NCBI GenBank assembly: GCA_038150265.1
Contig: JAYOTF010000014.1
Location: 11,186 to 75,185 of the forward strand
DNA from: Deltaproteobacteria bacterium
GTDB lineage: Bacteria > SAR324 > NAC60-12
Direction: 5' to 3'
DNA length: 64,000 bases
The notes below the pieces were generated by a model. That model searched no databases. It saw nothing but the letters and a program-made list of their open reading frames with translations, and was not told the DNA's origin. Positions 49,834 to 59,170 of this stretch are shown here, in pieces (position 1 is the stretch's first letter; each line of letters opens with the position of its first letter). The translations under genes were made by a program, and so were the position numbers.

Positions 49834-50223
49834 TTACGCATCCTGTTCCAGAGCCGACCGCATGGCTCCCAGCAATTTTTCCCAAGAGGCGGGCTTCCCC
49901 AGGCACCGGTACGCGCCCAATTCGCTGCACTTTTGTTCAGTGGAGGCATCCAGGTGTCCGGAGTGGACAATGATGCGACAGCGGTGCTCCTCGTGCTGCA
50001 GGGTCTTCAAAACATCGATCCCACTCAGGTGAGGCATGTTCAGATCCAGCAAAATGAGCGCAGGCTGGTGGATTTGGAACTGCTCCAGTGCCAGCTTGCC
50101 ATCTGCGGCCTCCACGACCTGGTAGTCCTCTTCACAGAGATCGGCAAGTGACTGCCGCAGCATGTCGTTGTCTTCTGCAATCAGCAGGATGGGTTTACAC
50201 ACAGGCCTTTGTCTGGAATTCAT
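49834..50223 (-). CDS. Single-domain response regulator
   Basis: IAEDN, LLDLNMP, HSGH, GKP. Confidence 0.9.
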   Translation of the reverse strand: MNSRQRPVCKPILLIAEDNDMLRQSLADLCEEDYQVVEAADGKLALEQFQIHQPALILLDLNMPHLSGIDVLKTLQHEEHRCRIIVHSGHLDASTEQKCSELGAYRCLGKPASWEKLLGAMRSALEQDA

Positions 50224-50765
50224 CGTTTTTTATGGGAGGGGAAGGGCGCTCACGAGCAGACACTCAGGCCGTCTTCCTCACGTCACAGGCACAATGGATA
50301 GCTGTGAACGAGGCCTTACTTGTACTGAAGTTTTATGATTTTGCCAAACCAAATTGTCATTTGCTCGGGTCCCCAATCCTTCAGAAAAGGAATAAATCAA
50401 TAAATTTCAGTTTTCTTTCGCAGAAAAAGAGTTTTTGATTTTTGTCCCATCCCGCCCCAATCAAGCGCCAGTCTTCTTGGCAAATGGAGCCTCACCGCTC
50501 GGGCTTCCCCCTTGAGTAGAAGGTCGGGGCCTGGCGAAAAATTTCCAGAGTACGGCGCTTCCGGAGGGTCGTGCCACCGCCAGAAAGCGTCTCCAGACAC
50601 CGTCCGGGAGCAGTGGGGAAGTGGGAAAAATTGTGGGGGGTCCTTTTCCCCAATTCAGTTGTTTGTCCCAGCATCTCCTGCTAAGATGGGCGTTCTTTCC
50701 TGCTTAGGCCCCGCGATGCAGGAACCTCTCTCTAGATCCCTTGACTTAGACTTGCAGGAGTTTTG

Positions 50766-51395
50766 ATGAAGAAAATTGGCATTCTGTTTGTGACCTTTGC
50801 CGCCAGCGTGTTGCTGGCCAGTGCTGTTCATGCCGCTGGAGATCCGGCCAAGGGCAAGGCCCTTTATGGGGTGTGTGCCTCCTGCCACGGCGCCAACGGC
50901 GAAGGCAACCAGGCCCTCAATGCTCCGATGATTGCGGGGCAACACGAGTGGTACCTCGCCCGCCAGCTGAACAACTACAAGGCCGGCATCCGTGGAACGC
51001 ATCCGGAAGACACCTACGGCATGCAGATGCGCCCGATGTCCATGACCCTGCCCAACGAGCAGGCAGTCAATGATGTCGCCGCCTATGTGGCCTCGCTCAA
51101 GCCTGCTGCAGCCCAAACCACGATGGGTGGAAACGCTGCTGCCGGCAAGGCGCTCTATGGCGTCTGTGCCTCCTGCCACGGCCCCAACGGCGCCGGCAAC
51201 CAGGCCCTCAATGCTCCGAAGATTGCCGGGCAGCACGACTGGTACACCGCTCGCCAGCTGAACCACTTCAAGAAGGGCATCCGGGGCGGCGACGCCAAGG
51301 ACACCTACGGCATGCAGATGCGCCCGATGTCCATGACCCTTGCCGATGATGCCGCCGTGAACAACATGGCCGCCTACCTCGCATCCCTGAAGTAA
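50766..51395 (+). CDS. Periplasmic diheme cytochrome c (c4-like)
   Basis: Signal peptide ending VHA; two CASCH motifs, each followed by AGQH.WY..RQL and a Met-rich axial segment. Confidence 0.95.
   Translation: MKKIGILFVTFAASVLLASAVHAAGDPAKGKALYGVCASCHGANGEGNQALNAPMIAGQHEWYLARQLNNYKAGIRGTHPEDTYGMQMRPMSMTLPNEQAVNDVAAYVASLKPAAAQTTMGGNAAAGKALYGVCASCHGPNGAGNQALNAPKIAGQHDWYTARQLNHFKKGIRGGDAKDTYGMQMRPMSMTLADDAAVNNMAAYLASLK
50853..51392 (+). repeat. Intragenic direct repeat, period 291 nt
   Basis: Units start at 50853 and 51144; an identical 41-nt block occurs at 51009 and 51300. Confidence 0.9.
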
Positions 51396-51402
51396 GCACT
51401 CC

Positions 51403-51420
51403 GGCTCCCCTCGGGGAGCC
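51403..51420 (+). terminator. Hairpin after the cytochrome gene
   Basis: GGCTCCC-CTCG-GGGAGCC; no U-tract. Confidence 0.5.
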
Positions 51421-51552
51421 CTCCCCCCGGCTTCCCGCCACGACAAAATCTTGTCATTCTTGCCGGGATTCTTTAGGTTTCCTGCAGTTGCGTGCGCCTC
51501 CGACCTCCTTCGGGCGGCTCCATCGCCCTCCACCCTCAGCATCAACCTCTGC

Positions 51553-52629
51553 TTGAACCTGCAATTTTCCCTTGAAAAACGGTCCAATCCGACCCTCACC
51601 GGACGCGTCGTGGTCCTCAGCCTGGCGCTGTTGCTCTCGCTGATCATGGGAGGCCTCTTCCTCTGGGCGGTGGGCATTCCCCCGCTGGAGGCGTACGGGT
51701 TGGTGTGGGAGGAGGTGTTTGTCTCGCCGTATGGTCAGCAGGACCTGATGGTGAAGCTGACCCCGCTTCTGCTCACCGGGGTGGCCGTGGCCGTGGCCGC
51801 GCAGATGAAGCAGTGGAACATTGGGGCCGAAGGGCAGTTTCACATGGGAACCTTCGCCGTCACCTGGGTGGCCCTGAACGTGTCCGGACTGCCTCAGGGC
51901 GTGATGCTGCTGCTGATGGGAGGGGCTGCCGTGCTGGGAGGGGGCCTGTGGGGCGCCATTCCGGGGTGGCTCAAGGCGCGCCTGGGGGTCAATGAGATCA
52001 TCACCTCCCTCTTGCTCAACTACGTGGCGGCGGCCTGGATCGATTACCTGCTCTTTGGAGAGTGGAAGGATCCGGGAAGCAACAACTTCCCCATCACGCC
52101 CCCCTTTGCCGAAAGCGCGCGCCTGCCCCTGCTCGGCCCAACCAACGTGCACGCCGGACTGCTGGTGGCGCTGGTGGTGATGCTGGTGGTGGCATGGGTG
52201 ATCCAGAAGACGCGGCTGGGCTTTCAGATCCGCCTGGCCGGCGACAACCTGGAGGCGGCCCGGTACTCCGGACTCTCCACCCAGCGGTTGGTGCTGTTCG
52301 TGTTTGTCGTCAGTGGCGCCATTGCCGGGCTGGCAGGCTTCAGTGAGGTGGCCGGCATCCATTACCGGCTTCAGCAGGACATCTCCATCGGGTACGGCTA
52401 CACGGGCATCATTGTCGCGTGGCTGGCCCGGAACCACCCCATCGGCGCCCTCCTCAGCGCCCTCTTCCTGGCCAGTATCTTTGTGAGCGCCGAGGTGCTC
52501 CAGATCGACTACGGCCTCCCGGTTTCCATGGTCTACCTCTACCAGGGCGTGATCCTCTTCACGGTGCTGGGGTCTGAAATCTTCACCGAGTACCGCCTGC
52601 GACTCAGGCGCCTCGCTTCCACCGTCTAG
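51553..52629 (+). CDS. Nucleoside/sugar (BMP-associated) ABC permease 1
   Basis: WNIGAEGQ, GVNEIITSLLLNY, GYGYTGIIVAWLAR; start uncertain. Confidence 0.9.
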   Translation: MNLQFSLEKRSNPTLTGRVVVLSLALLLSLIMGGLFLWAVGIPPLEAYGLVWEEVFVSPYGQQDLMVKLTPLLLTGVAVAVAAQMKQWNIGAEGQFHMGTFAVTWVALNVSGLPQGVMLLLMGGAAVLGGGLWGAIPGWLKARLGVNEIITSLLLNYVAAAWIDYLLFGEWKDPGSNNFPITPPFAESARLPLLGPTNVHAGLLVALVVMLVVAWVIQKTRLGFQIRLAGDNLEAARYSGLSTQRLVLFVFVVSGAIAGLAGFSEVAGIHYRLQQDISIGYGYTGIIVAWLARNHPIGALLSALFLASIFVSAEVLQIDYGLPVSMVYLYQGVILFTVLGSEIFTEYRLRLRRLASTV

Positions 52630-52636
52630 CTGCCCC

Positions 52637-53566
52637 ATGGAGTTCTTCATCCAACTGCTGGTTGCCACCATTGAAATGGGCACCCCGTTGCTGTTTGCCG
52701 CACTCGGTGGCGTGCTCAGCGAACGGGCTGGGGTCATCAACCTCGGCATGGAAGGGCTGATGCTCGTTGGAGCCCTGCTGGCATTTGTCGTGAAGCTCCA
52801 CACGGGCTCCTTTGCCCTGGCGCTGGCCGCAGCAGCAGGAGTCGCCGGACTGGTCACCATGATCCACGGCCTCGTTTGCCTGGTCCTCCGTGCCAATCAG
52901 ATTGCCTCCGGCCTCGCCCTCACCCTCTTTGGCACCGGACTCAGCAGCATCTTTGGCAATACCCTGGTTGGCAAAACCTTTGAGGCCCTCCCGCACTGGA
53001 GCGTCCCGGGGCTGAGCGCGCTACCGGTGATCGGCCCCGCCTTCTTTGCGCGCGACCCGCTGGTGTATGCGTCTTATGTCCTGGTGGCCCTGATGGCGTT
53101 TGTCTTCTACCGGACCCGGGTGGGGCTGACCATCCGTTCCATGGGAGAGGCTCCGGAGGTGTGCGACTCCCTGGGCCTGTCCGTGATTGGCTGGCGCTTT
53201 TCCTGTGTGGTGGTGGGCGGCATGCTTGCCGGCATTGGCGGGGCGTACTTCTCGCTGGTCCTCAACCCCTTCTGGGTGGACAACATCACCGCTGGGCGGG
53301 GCTGGATCGCGGTGGCCCTGGTCATCTTTGCCTTCTGGGATCCGCTCCGGGCGGTGCTGGGGGCCTACCTCTTCGGCCTGGCCATTGCGCTGGAGCTCCG
53401 GTTTCAGCTCCTGGGCGTCACCCTCTCGCCGTACCTCTTGAAGATGCTCCCCTACGTCCTGACCATTGTGGTGCTGACCCTGGTGACGATCCGGAACAAC
53501 CGCCGAGGCCTCCAGGTGATGCCAGCCGCGTTGGGGCGGGTTTTCTTCCGAGGCGAGAAGCACTGA
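52637..53566 (+). CDS. Nucleoside/sugar (BMP-associated) ABC permease 2
   Basis: ERAGVINLGMEG, ANQIASG, AGRGWIAVALVIF, PAALG. Confidence 0.92.
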   Translation: MEFFIQLLVATIEMGTPLLFAALGGVLSERAGVINLGMEGLMLVGALLAFVVKLHTGSFALALAAAAGVAGLVTMIHGLVCLVLRANQIASGLALTLFGTGLSSIFGNTLVGKTFEALPHWSVPGLSALPVIGPAFFARDPLVYASYVLVALMAFVFYRTRVGLTIRSMGEAPEVCDSLGLSVIGWRFSCVVVGGMLAGIGGAYFSLVLNPFWVDNITAGRGWIAVALVIFAFWDPLRAVLGAYLFGLAIALELRFQLLGVTLSPYLLKMLPYVLTIVVLTLVTIRNNRRGLQVMPAALGRVFFRGEKH

Positions 53567-53569
53567 CGC

Positions 53570-54433
53570 CTAGCGGGCGGCCGCCTCAGCACTCGCCTCC
53601 GGAATCAACTGCTCGAGTTCCACCGCATACTCCTCGAGCTGTGCGGCCGCCTGCTGGCGCTGCTCCGGCTTCAGCAGCGCATCAATGGCCAGCACACGCT
53701 GCTCATAGCGCCCGCCTTTCCAGTGATTGGGCTCCGGATTCGTCCATCCGTCCTGCCAGTTCCGTAGCCACGCTTCCGCTTCTGCCACGGAAGGGCCTCC
53801 TTCGAGCATCTGGAGGAACGATGCCTGCGTGCGCAGCCGTCGCTCCATCCGAGACTGAGTGGGGTCGTCCTGAGCCGCCGTTTGGTCATACACCTCTCCA
53901 AAGGCCTCCCGCTGCGCGGCACTGACGTCTCCAAACCAGTCTTCCAGGGTATCCAGGGTTTCGTCTCGTCGCTCCTGCATCCGCTCTTCACGGGGCTCCT
54001 GGAGGCGTTCCTCGGTCTCGGCATTGTCTTCCGCGAGGCGGGCCTTCAGGGTTTCGAGCTGGTCGGGGTGGAGGCGGGCCAGCAGCTCTGCGGCATCCGG
54101 ACGCAGCCGATCAAAGAGCCGATCCCGTCCGGCTTCAAACTCGGCAAGGCCCTGGCGCCACTCGGTGGCCGTGAGGCCATCCTGCCCTGTGGCCTGCACC
54201 CGGCGCAGGAAGTCCACGTACTGCGGCAGCTCCTCGCGCCGATGCCACTCGAGGTGCCCGGCCAGCTGCTGATTGAGCCACTCCTCCTGCTCATCAGTCA
54301 GGTTGAAGTAGCTATCGACCTCCCAACGGATGAGCCGGTCAAGGTTGCTGTAGCCCATTCCCAGAAAGGTGCAGCCACTGAGGCTCAGGATTCCGAGTCC
54401 GAGCAACAGAACTTTCCATCGTGTGTGCGCCAT
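53570..54433 (-). CDS. Lipoprotein (DUF6279-like)
   Basis: Lipobox LSGC; YSNLDRLIRWEVDSYFNL, WHRREELPQY. Confidence 0.75.
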   Translation of the reverse strand: MAHTRWKVLLLGLGILSLSGCTFLGMGYSNLDRLIRWEVDSYFNLTDEQEEWLNQQLAGHLEWHRREELPQYVDFLRRVQATGQDGLTATEWRQGLAEFEAGRDRLFDRLRPDAAELLARLHPDQLETLKARLAEDNAETEERLQEPREERMQERRDETLDTLEDWFGDVSAAQREAFGEVYDQTAAQDDPTQSRMERRLRTQASFLQMLEGGPSVAEAEAWLRNWQDGWTNPEPNHWKGGRYEQRVLAIDALLKPEQRQQAAAQLEEYAVELEQLIPEASAEAAAR

Positions 54434-54637
54434 GACGCCTCTTTGGGGTGCAAAGTGGAGAAACGTCCCCAGCCTACCGCATCCCCCCTCCAAGGCAAGT
54501 AACCATACGTATCGGTCTTTTTCGGAGTCGCCTGCAACATTGCATTGAATCTTTGCAGGCCTTCTCCTAATTTTTTGTGAACTCTGAGCACCCACAGCCT
54601 TGAAGCCGTCATCACCACATCACCCAGGGGAACCCGT

Positions 54638-55879
54638 ATGCCATTGATCGACTCACCGGAATCCATTGCCCAGGCCAAGCAGGCCCTCCGCCAGCAAGGC
54701 GACCTCGCCGCGGCCTTTGCTTCCCTGACCCAATACCTGGAAGCGGAAATGGAGGAAATTGCCGCAGAAGCAGCGGCTGGAGCCTCTCCGGTTCCGGAGC
54801 TCGATTATGCGGAACTGGCGCAGGGAAAGGTTTCGGAAGCCCAGCGGGCCCAGGTGCAGAAGCGCGGGTGCGTCATCATCCGCAACGTCTTTGACCGCGC
54901 CGAGGTGGAGGGCTGGAATGAGCAGCTCGTGGACTACATTGAGCGCAACGCGTATTACGAGCGTGCCAAGGAAAAGGCGGGGCTCGACCAGTACTTCAGC
55001 CAACTCAAGTCCGACCGTCCGCAGGTCTTTGGCATCTACTGGTCCCGGCCCCAGATGTGGGCCCGTCAAGCAGAAGCCATGGCCCACACGAAGCGCTGGC
55101 TCAACCGCCTCTGGAAGGTCGAGGGCCCCAATGGGCCGGTCTTTGATCCGGATCGAGAATGCACCTACGCCGACCGCATCCGTCGCCGCGAGCCGGGCGA
55201 CAACACCCTCGGCCTCTCTCCCCATGTTGACAGCGGCTCCATTGAACGCTGGCTCGACCCCGGCTTTCAGCAGGTCTATGCCTCCATTTTTTCCGGAAAC
55301 TGGGAGGCGTATGATCCGCTTGATGCGGCTCACCGGCTGGACACCGAGGAGGTGCCGTCTCCGGCCGTGTGTCACATGTTCCGGACCTTTCAGGGCTGGA
55401 CCGCCCTCACGCCTCAGGGTCCTGGAGATGGCACCCTCAAGCTGGTGCCGTCCCTGATGGCCATTCCCTGGATGCTGCTCCGGGCCCTGCAGTCCGATGT
55501 CCCGGAGGGCGACCTCTGTGGCGCCCGGGCGGGCCGGGCCCTGCGGGTTTCTGAAGAGCACCACGCCTTGCTGCTCAAGGGCCTGGTCTCCATCCCCACC
55601 GTCTTTCCGGGCGACACCGTCTGGTGGCATCCGGATGTGATTCACGCCGTCGAAGACGAGCACCAGGGGTCCGGATACAGCAACGTCATGTACATCGGCG
55701 CCTCGCCCCACTGTGCCAAAAACGTGGCCTTTCAGGAGCAGCAGAAGCCGGCATTCCTTGCAGGGAAGTCCTCTCCGGACTTTGCGGCCGAAGACTACGA
55801 GGTCGCCTTTGACGGCCGCGCCACCCTCGACGACCTGAGCGAGTTGGGTCGTCAGCAAATGGGCTTCACCCCGTGGTGA
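54638..55879 (+). CDS. YbiU/DUF1479-family putative Fe(II) dioxygenase
   Basis: IYWSRPQ, YADRIRRR, LSPHVDSGSIERW, FRTFQGW, VWWHPDVIH. Confidence 0.9.
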   Translation: MPLIDSPESIAQAKQALRQQGDLAAAFASLTQYLEAEMEEIAAEAAAGASPVPELDYAELAQGKVSEAQRAQVQKRGCVIIRNVFDRAEVEGWNEQLVDYIERNAYYERAKEKAGLDQYFSQLKSDRPQVFGIYWSRPQMWARQAEAMAHTKRWLNRLWKVEGPNGPVFDPDRECTYADRIRRREPGDNTLGLSPHVDSGSIERWLDPGFQQVYASIFSGNWEAYDPLDAAHRLDTEEVPSPAVCHMFRTFQGWTALTPQGPGDGTLKLVPSLMAIPWMLLRALQSDVPEGDLCGARAGRALRVSEEHHALLLKGLVSIPTVFPGDTVWWHPDVIHAVEDEHQGSGYSNVMYIGASPHCAKNVAFQEQQKPAFLAGKSSPDFAAEDYEVAFDGRATLDDLSELGRQQMGFTPW

Positions 55880-55910
55880 GCCCAGATCCTTTCAACAACT
55901 GGAGTGATGC

Positions 55911-56357
55911 ATGAGCCGACTGGTTTTCATTCTCAATGGTCCCAACCTGAACCTGCTGGGCAAGCGGCAACCTGAAATTTACGGACACGAAACCCTTGCT
56001 GACGTGGAGGCCCAGTGCCGGGCCGAGGCCGAACCGCTGGGGCTTGAGATTCAGCTGCGTCAGACCAACGCGGAGTTTCAGCTCATCGACTGGATTCATG
56101 AGGCTCGGGAAAGTGCAGGAGGGATCATCATCAATCCGGCAGCCCTCTCCCACACCTCGGTCGCCGTGCTGGATGCCCTCAACACGTTTGAAGGCCCGGT
56201 GCTGGAGGTGCACATTTCCAACATCCACAAGCGGGAAGCCTTCCGGCACCACTCCTTTGTGTCGTCACGTGCAGAGGGAGTGATTGCCGGATTTGGCATT
56301 GAAGGCTACGTCCTGGCGGTCCGCCGCATGGGCACCCTGCTTCAAGACGCTCGCTGA
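55911..56357 (+). CDS. aroQ: Type II 3-dehydroquinate dehydratase
   Basis: [45 protein letters not shown]. Confidence 0.97.
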   Translation: MSRLVFILNGPNLNLLGKRQPEIYGHETLADVEAQCRAEAEPLGLEIQLRQTNAEFQLIDWIHEARESAGGIIINPAALSHTSVAVLDALNTFEGPVLEVHISNIHKREAFRHHSFVSSRAEGVIAGFGIEGYVLAVRRMGTLLQDAR

Positions 56358-56376
56358 GCTCCTCTAGGGCCTGGCC

Positions 56377-57696
56377 TCATTCTCCGTCCGGTGCCGTGCC
56401 CAGCAACCACGGCAGGCACCGTTCGGCTGCTCCCTGCTGCGCCTCAATGAGCGCACGCGCCTGACGTCCCTGCTGCCGAGCCTCTTCCGGAGCCTCCAGC
56501 CACCCCTTCAGCACCTGAGCAAACGCCTCCGGAGTTTCCACCGTGTGGGCAACTCCGCGTTCCACCATCCGCCGAGCCTCAAGGGCATTGTCAAAGCGTG
56601 GGCCAAAGGCAACCGGAAGCCCCCGGGCCGCGGGTTCCATCGTGTTGTGGACTCCGGTGGTGAAGGCTCCTCCGACATAAGCCGCGTGCGCATGAGAGTA
56701 GAGGCCTGCCAGCACCCCAATGGCATCCACCAGCAGCACTCGCGTTTCCGGAGTCAGGCGGTCCCGTTGACTCCAGCGCACGACTGGGCCCTGCGGGGCC
56801 AGGCGGGTCTCCAGCTCCTGCAGGTGGGGCTCATGGGGCTCATGCGGCACCAGAATCGCCAGCAGCTCCGGATGCGCCCCCAGCATCTGCTCGAGTCCGG
56901 GCAGAAAGCAGGCTTCGTCTTCCGGCCACGTGCTTCCGGCCACCCAGATGAACCGCTCCTGAAGCCACGCGGGCAACTCCGGAGGCGTCAGGCGGTCCCG
57001 CCGCTCCAGCACGCTGTCGCACCGCGTGTCGCCCATCACGGTGAGGGGGTGGGCCTGCGGCCAGCTGCGGCGGATGCGGGTGGCATCTTCCTCCGAAACA
57101 GCATGGAGGCTCTGGAAGCAGCGGTAGAGGGTGCGGTAGAGGCTCCGCCCCAGCGGATGCGCCTCCCGGAATGAGCCGGCGTGGACAATCGCGGAAATGA
57201 GGTGCAGCGGCACCTGCGCCCGGTGGCTCTCCCAGATGAGTCCGGGCCAGAGGTCGTAGCTGACAAAGATCACCTGCTGCGGGGCCACCCGGTTCAGGAG
57301 GCGTTGGGCGTTGGCTTGGGTGTCTTCGGGCAGAAACGACGTGAAGAGCAGACGAGCCGCTGCCGAGGCTTCGCGCTCCAGCCAGCGGGCAGCATTGATG
57401 GAGCTGTACGTCAGGCCACACTGCCACCCCTGTGCCTGCAGGCGCTCCATCACGGGCACCGCCTGGAGGTACTCTCCGGCGCTGGCGACGTGAAACCACG
57501 CCAGGGGCTGCTCCGGGTTCCGGGCCTGCAGCTGCGTTTCCAGATGCTCCCAGAGTCCCGTCAGGCCCTCCAGCCGAAGCCGCAGGTTCTCATGCCTCTG
57601 GGCCTTGCGACGCACCACCGCCAGCATCAGCTGGAGCAAGGCGGGGTAAGCCGTTTGCCAGAGTCGAGTTTCCAGAACAGACCAGAAGGACACCAA
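56377..57696 (-). CDS. waaA: Kdo transferase (WaaA/KdtA)-like glycosyltransferase
   Basis: WFHVASAGE, GDTRCD, VAGSTW, AYVGG, HNTMEPAA, FGP. Confidence 0.85.
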   Translation of the reverse strand: MVSFWSVLETRLWQTAYPALLQLMLAVVRRKAQRHENLRLRLEGLTGLWEHLETQLQARNPEQPLAWFHVASAGEYLQAVPVMERLQAQGWQCGLTYSSINAARWLEREASAAARLLFTSFLPEDTQANAQRLLNRVAPQQVIFVSYDLWPGLIWESHRAQVPLHLISAIVHAGSFREAHPLGRSLYRTLYRCFQSLHAVSEEDATRIRRSWPQAHPLTVMGDTRCDSVLERRDRLTPPELPAWLQERFIWVAGSTWPEDEACFLPGLEQMLGAHPELLAILVPHEPHEPHLQELETRLAPQGPVVRWSQRDRLTPETRVLLVDAIGVLAGLYSHAHAAYVGGAFTTGVHNTMEPAARGLPVAFGPRFDNALEARRMVERGVAHTVETPEAFAQVLKGWLEAPEEARQQGRQARALIEAQQGAAERCLPWLLGTAPDGE

Positions 57697-59037
57697 TCAG
57701 CGTGTAGTCGGAGCGTTTTGAAAGGAGCTGGGGAGGATGTTGAACGGCAGCAGCCGGATGACAATCGGCAGCAGCACGGTTCCTCCGGGAAGGGCAAAGA
57801 GGGCCAGGGCCGGAATCGCCTTGAGGACGTCCTGGATCTGCTCGGAGACGCGCTTCCACTCGTCCTCCGTCAGCGGGGTGACCGTCGCCTTCATCAGCAG
57901 GTCGTAGAGTTCCTTGGTCTCCTGAACCTCCTGAATGATGCGGTTGAGGTTGAGTTTGAGGAGCTTGATGATGTTTTCCTCCACGTATTCCTGCATCTGC
58001 CGGACCGCCGGGTTGTTGTGGAGGAAGGCAAAGCGCTGCCCATGCTGGTCAAAGAAGCGGGCCACCGAGGCATAAAGCAGCTCGCGCTCCGTCGGCGCCA
58101 TGCCCATCTTTTCTGCCACGGCCGCAATCAGGGAGCGCTCTTCCCACGCCTCGTTGTTGTCAATGAGGGAGAGGAGGATCATCTGCTCCACCAGGTAGCG
58201 CCTCAGGATGGGCGAGTGGACATGAAACTCCACCTGCTTCAGGCGGTAGGGCTCCCGGACGTAACGCTGCAGCTCCTCGAGGTCGCTGGCGGGAAGTCCG
58301 GATTGTCCCAGGTAGTTCGTGATCACCTGACGCTCCGTGTCCGTGATGACATGGTCGGCCCAGATGACGGCAATCAGCGCCTGCATCAGCCCCTTCCGGA
58401 AGCGTCGGTCTTCTTCCAGCACCGGCTCCAGCGGCGCCTCCGGATTCAGGCGCAGCGCCCGGGACCAGCGCAGGAAGGTGTGGAGGTTGAGGAAGACGAA
58501 GGCATTTTGCCGGGGGTCCGAGGAGTACCCGGCCACGGCAACGTGGCGCACCAGCTCCTTCTCGAGCCGAAACAGGCAGTCCTGAAACACCTCCGAGGTG
58601 GCCATCAGCTCCGGAAGCGTCGCCTCTTCCGGAAGCCGGTAGTAGCTCTGCGGCAAAAAGAACCGGAGCAGCCGCAGGGTTACCTCCTTCAGACGGGTGC
58701 CCGAGTCCGGAAGCGCCGGGGTCGTCCGCTCCTCTTCACCAAGCGTCCGCCGGAACAGGGTTTCCAAAAAGAGGAAAAGCGTGCCGCCCTGGGGACGTGG
58801 AAAGTTCAGGGCCTCGCTGCAGGCTCGCTGTTCCTCCGAAACCACGGGGCAGCCGAGGAGCATGCCGGTCTCATGCAGCTGTTCGTAGGCCTCCAGCTCC
58901 AGTTCGTCCTCCGTGGGCGGAGCCGGGGGGGGATAGAAGGCAGGGCGGGTGCTGGGGAAGGGATGGTTGTGCCGAAAGTCAAGGTAGCGAGCCAGCCACC
59001 CTGGCGCGCGCGGCATCAGTTTCTGCATGAGTTGCAC
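57697..59037 (-). CDS. TerB-like plus LETM1-like domain protein
   Basis: IWADHVITDTERQVI (TerB-like); DVLKAIPALALFALPGG..LPSSF (LETM1-like); start uncertain. Confidence 0.7.
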   Translation of the reverse strand: MQLMQKLMPRAPGWLARYLDFRHNHPFPSTRPAFYPPPAPPTEDELELEAYEQLHETGMLLGCPVVSEEQRACSEALNFPRPQGGTLFLFLETLFRRTLGEEERTTPALPDSGTRLKEVTLRLLRFFLPQSYYRLPEEATLPELMATSEVFQDCLFRLEKELVRHVAVAGYSSDPRQNAFVFLNLHTFLRWSRALRLNPEAPLEPVLEEDRRFRKGLMQALIAVIWADHVITDTERQVITNYLGQSGLPASDLEELQRYVREPYRLKQVEFHVHSPILRRYLVEQMILLSLIDNNEAWEERSLIAAVAEKMGMAPTERELLYASVARFFDQHGQRFAFLHNNPAVRQMQEYVEENIIKLLKLNLNRIIQEVQETKELYDLLMKATVTPLTEDEWKRVSEQIQDVLKAIPALALFALPGGTVLLPIVIRLLPFNILPSSFQNAPTTR

Positions 59038-59170
59038 AGGGCCAGGTTCATGGAATGTCGTTTGCTTGGCAAAGGGTACCCAAAATGCGGCAGAGAGTCA
59101 GTAAATTTTTTCATCCCCTTCTGACTGCCGCCCACTTTTGCCATCAGGCGCTGTTACTCCACTAGGCTTC

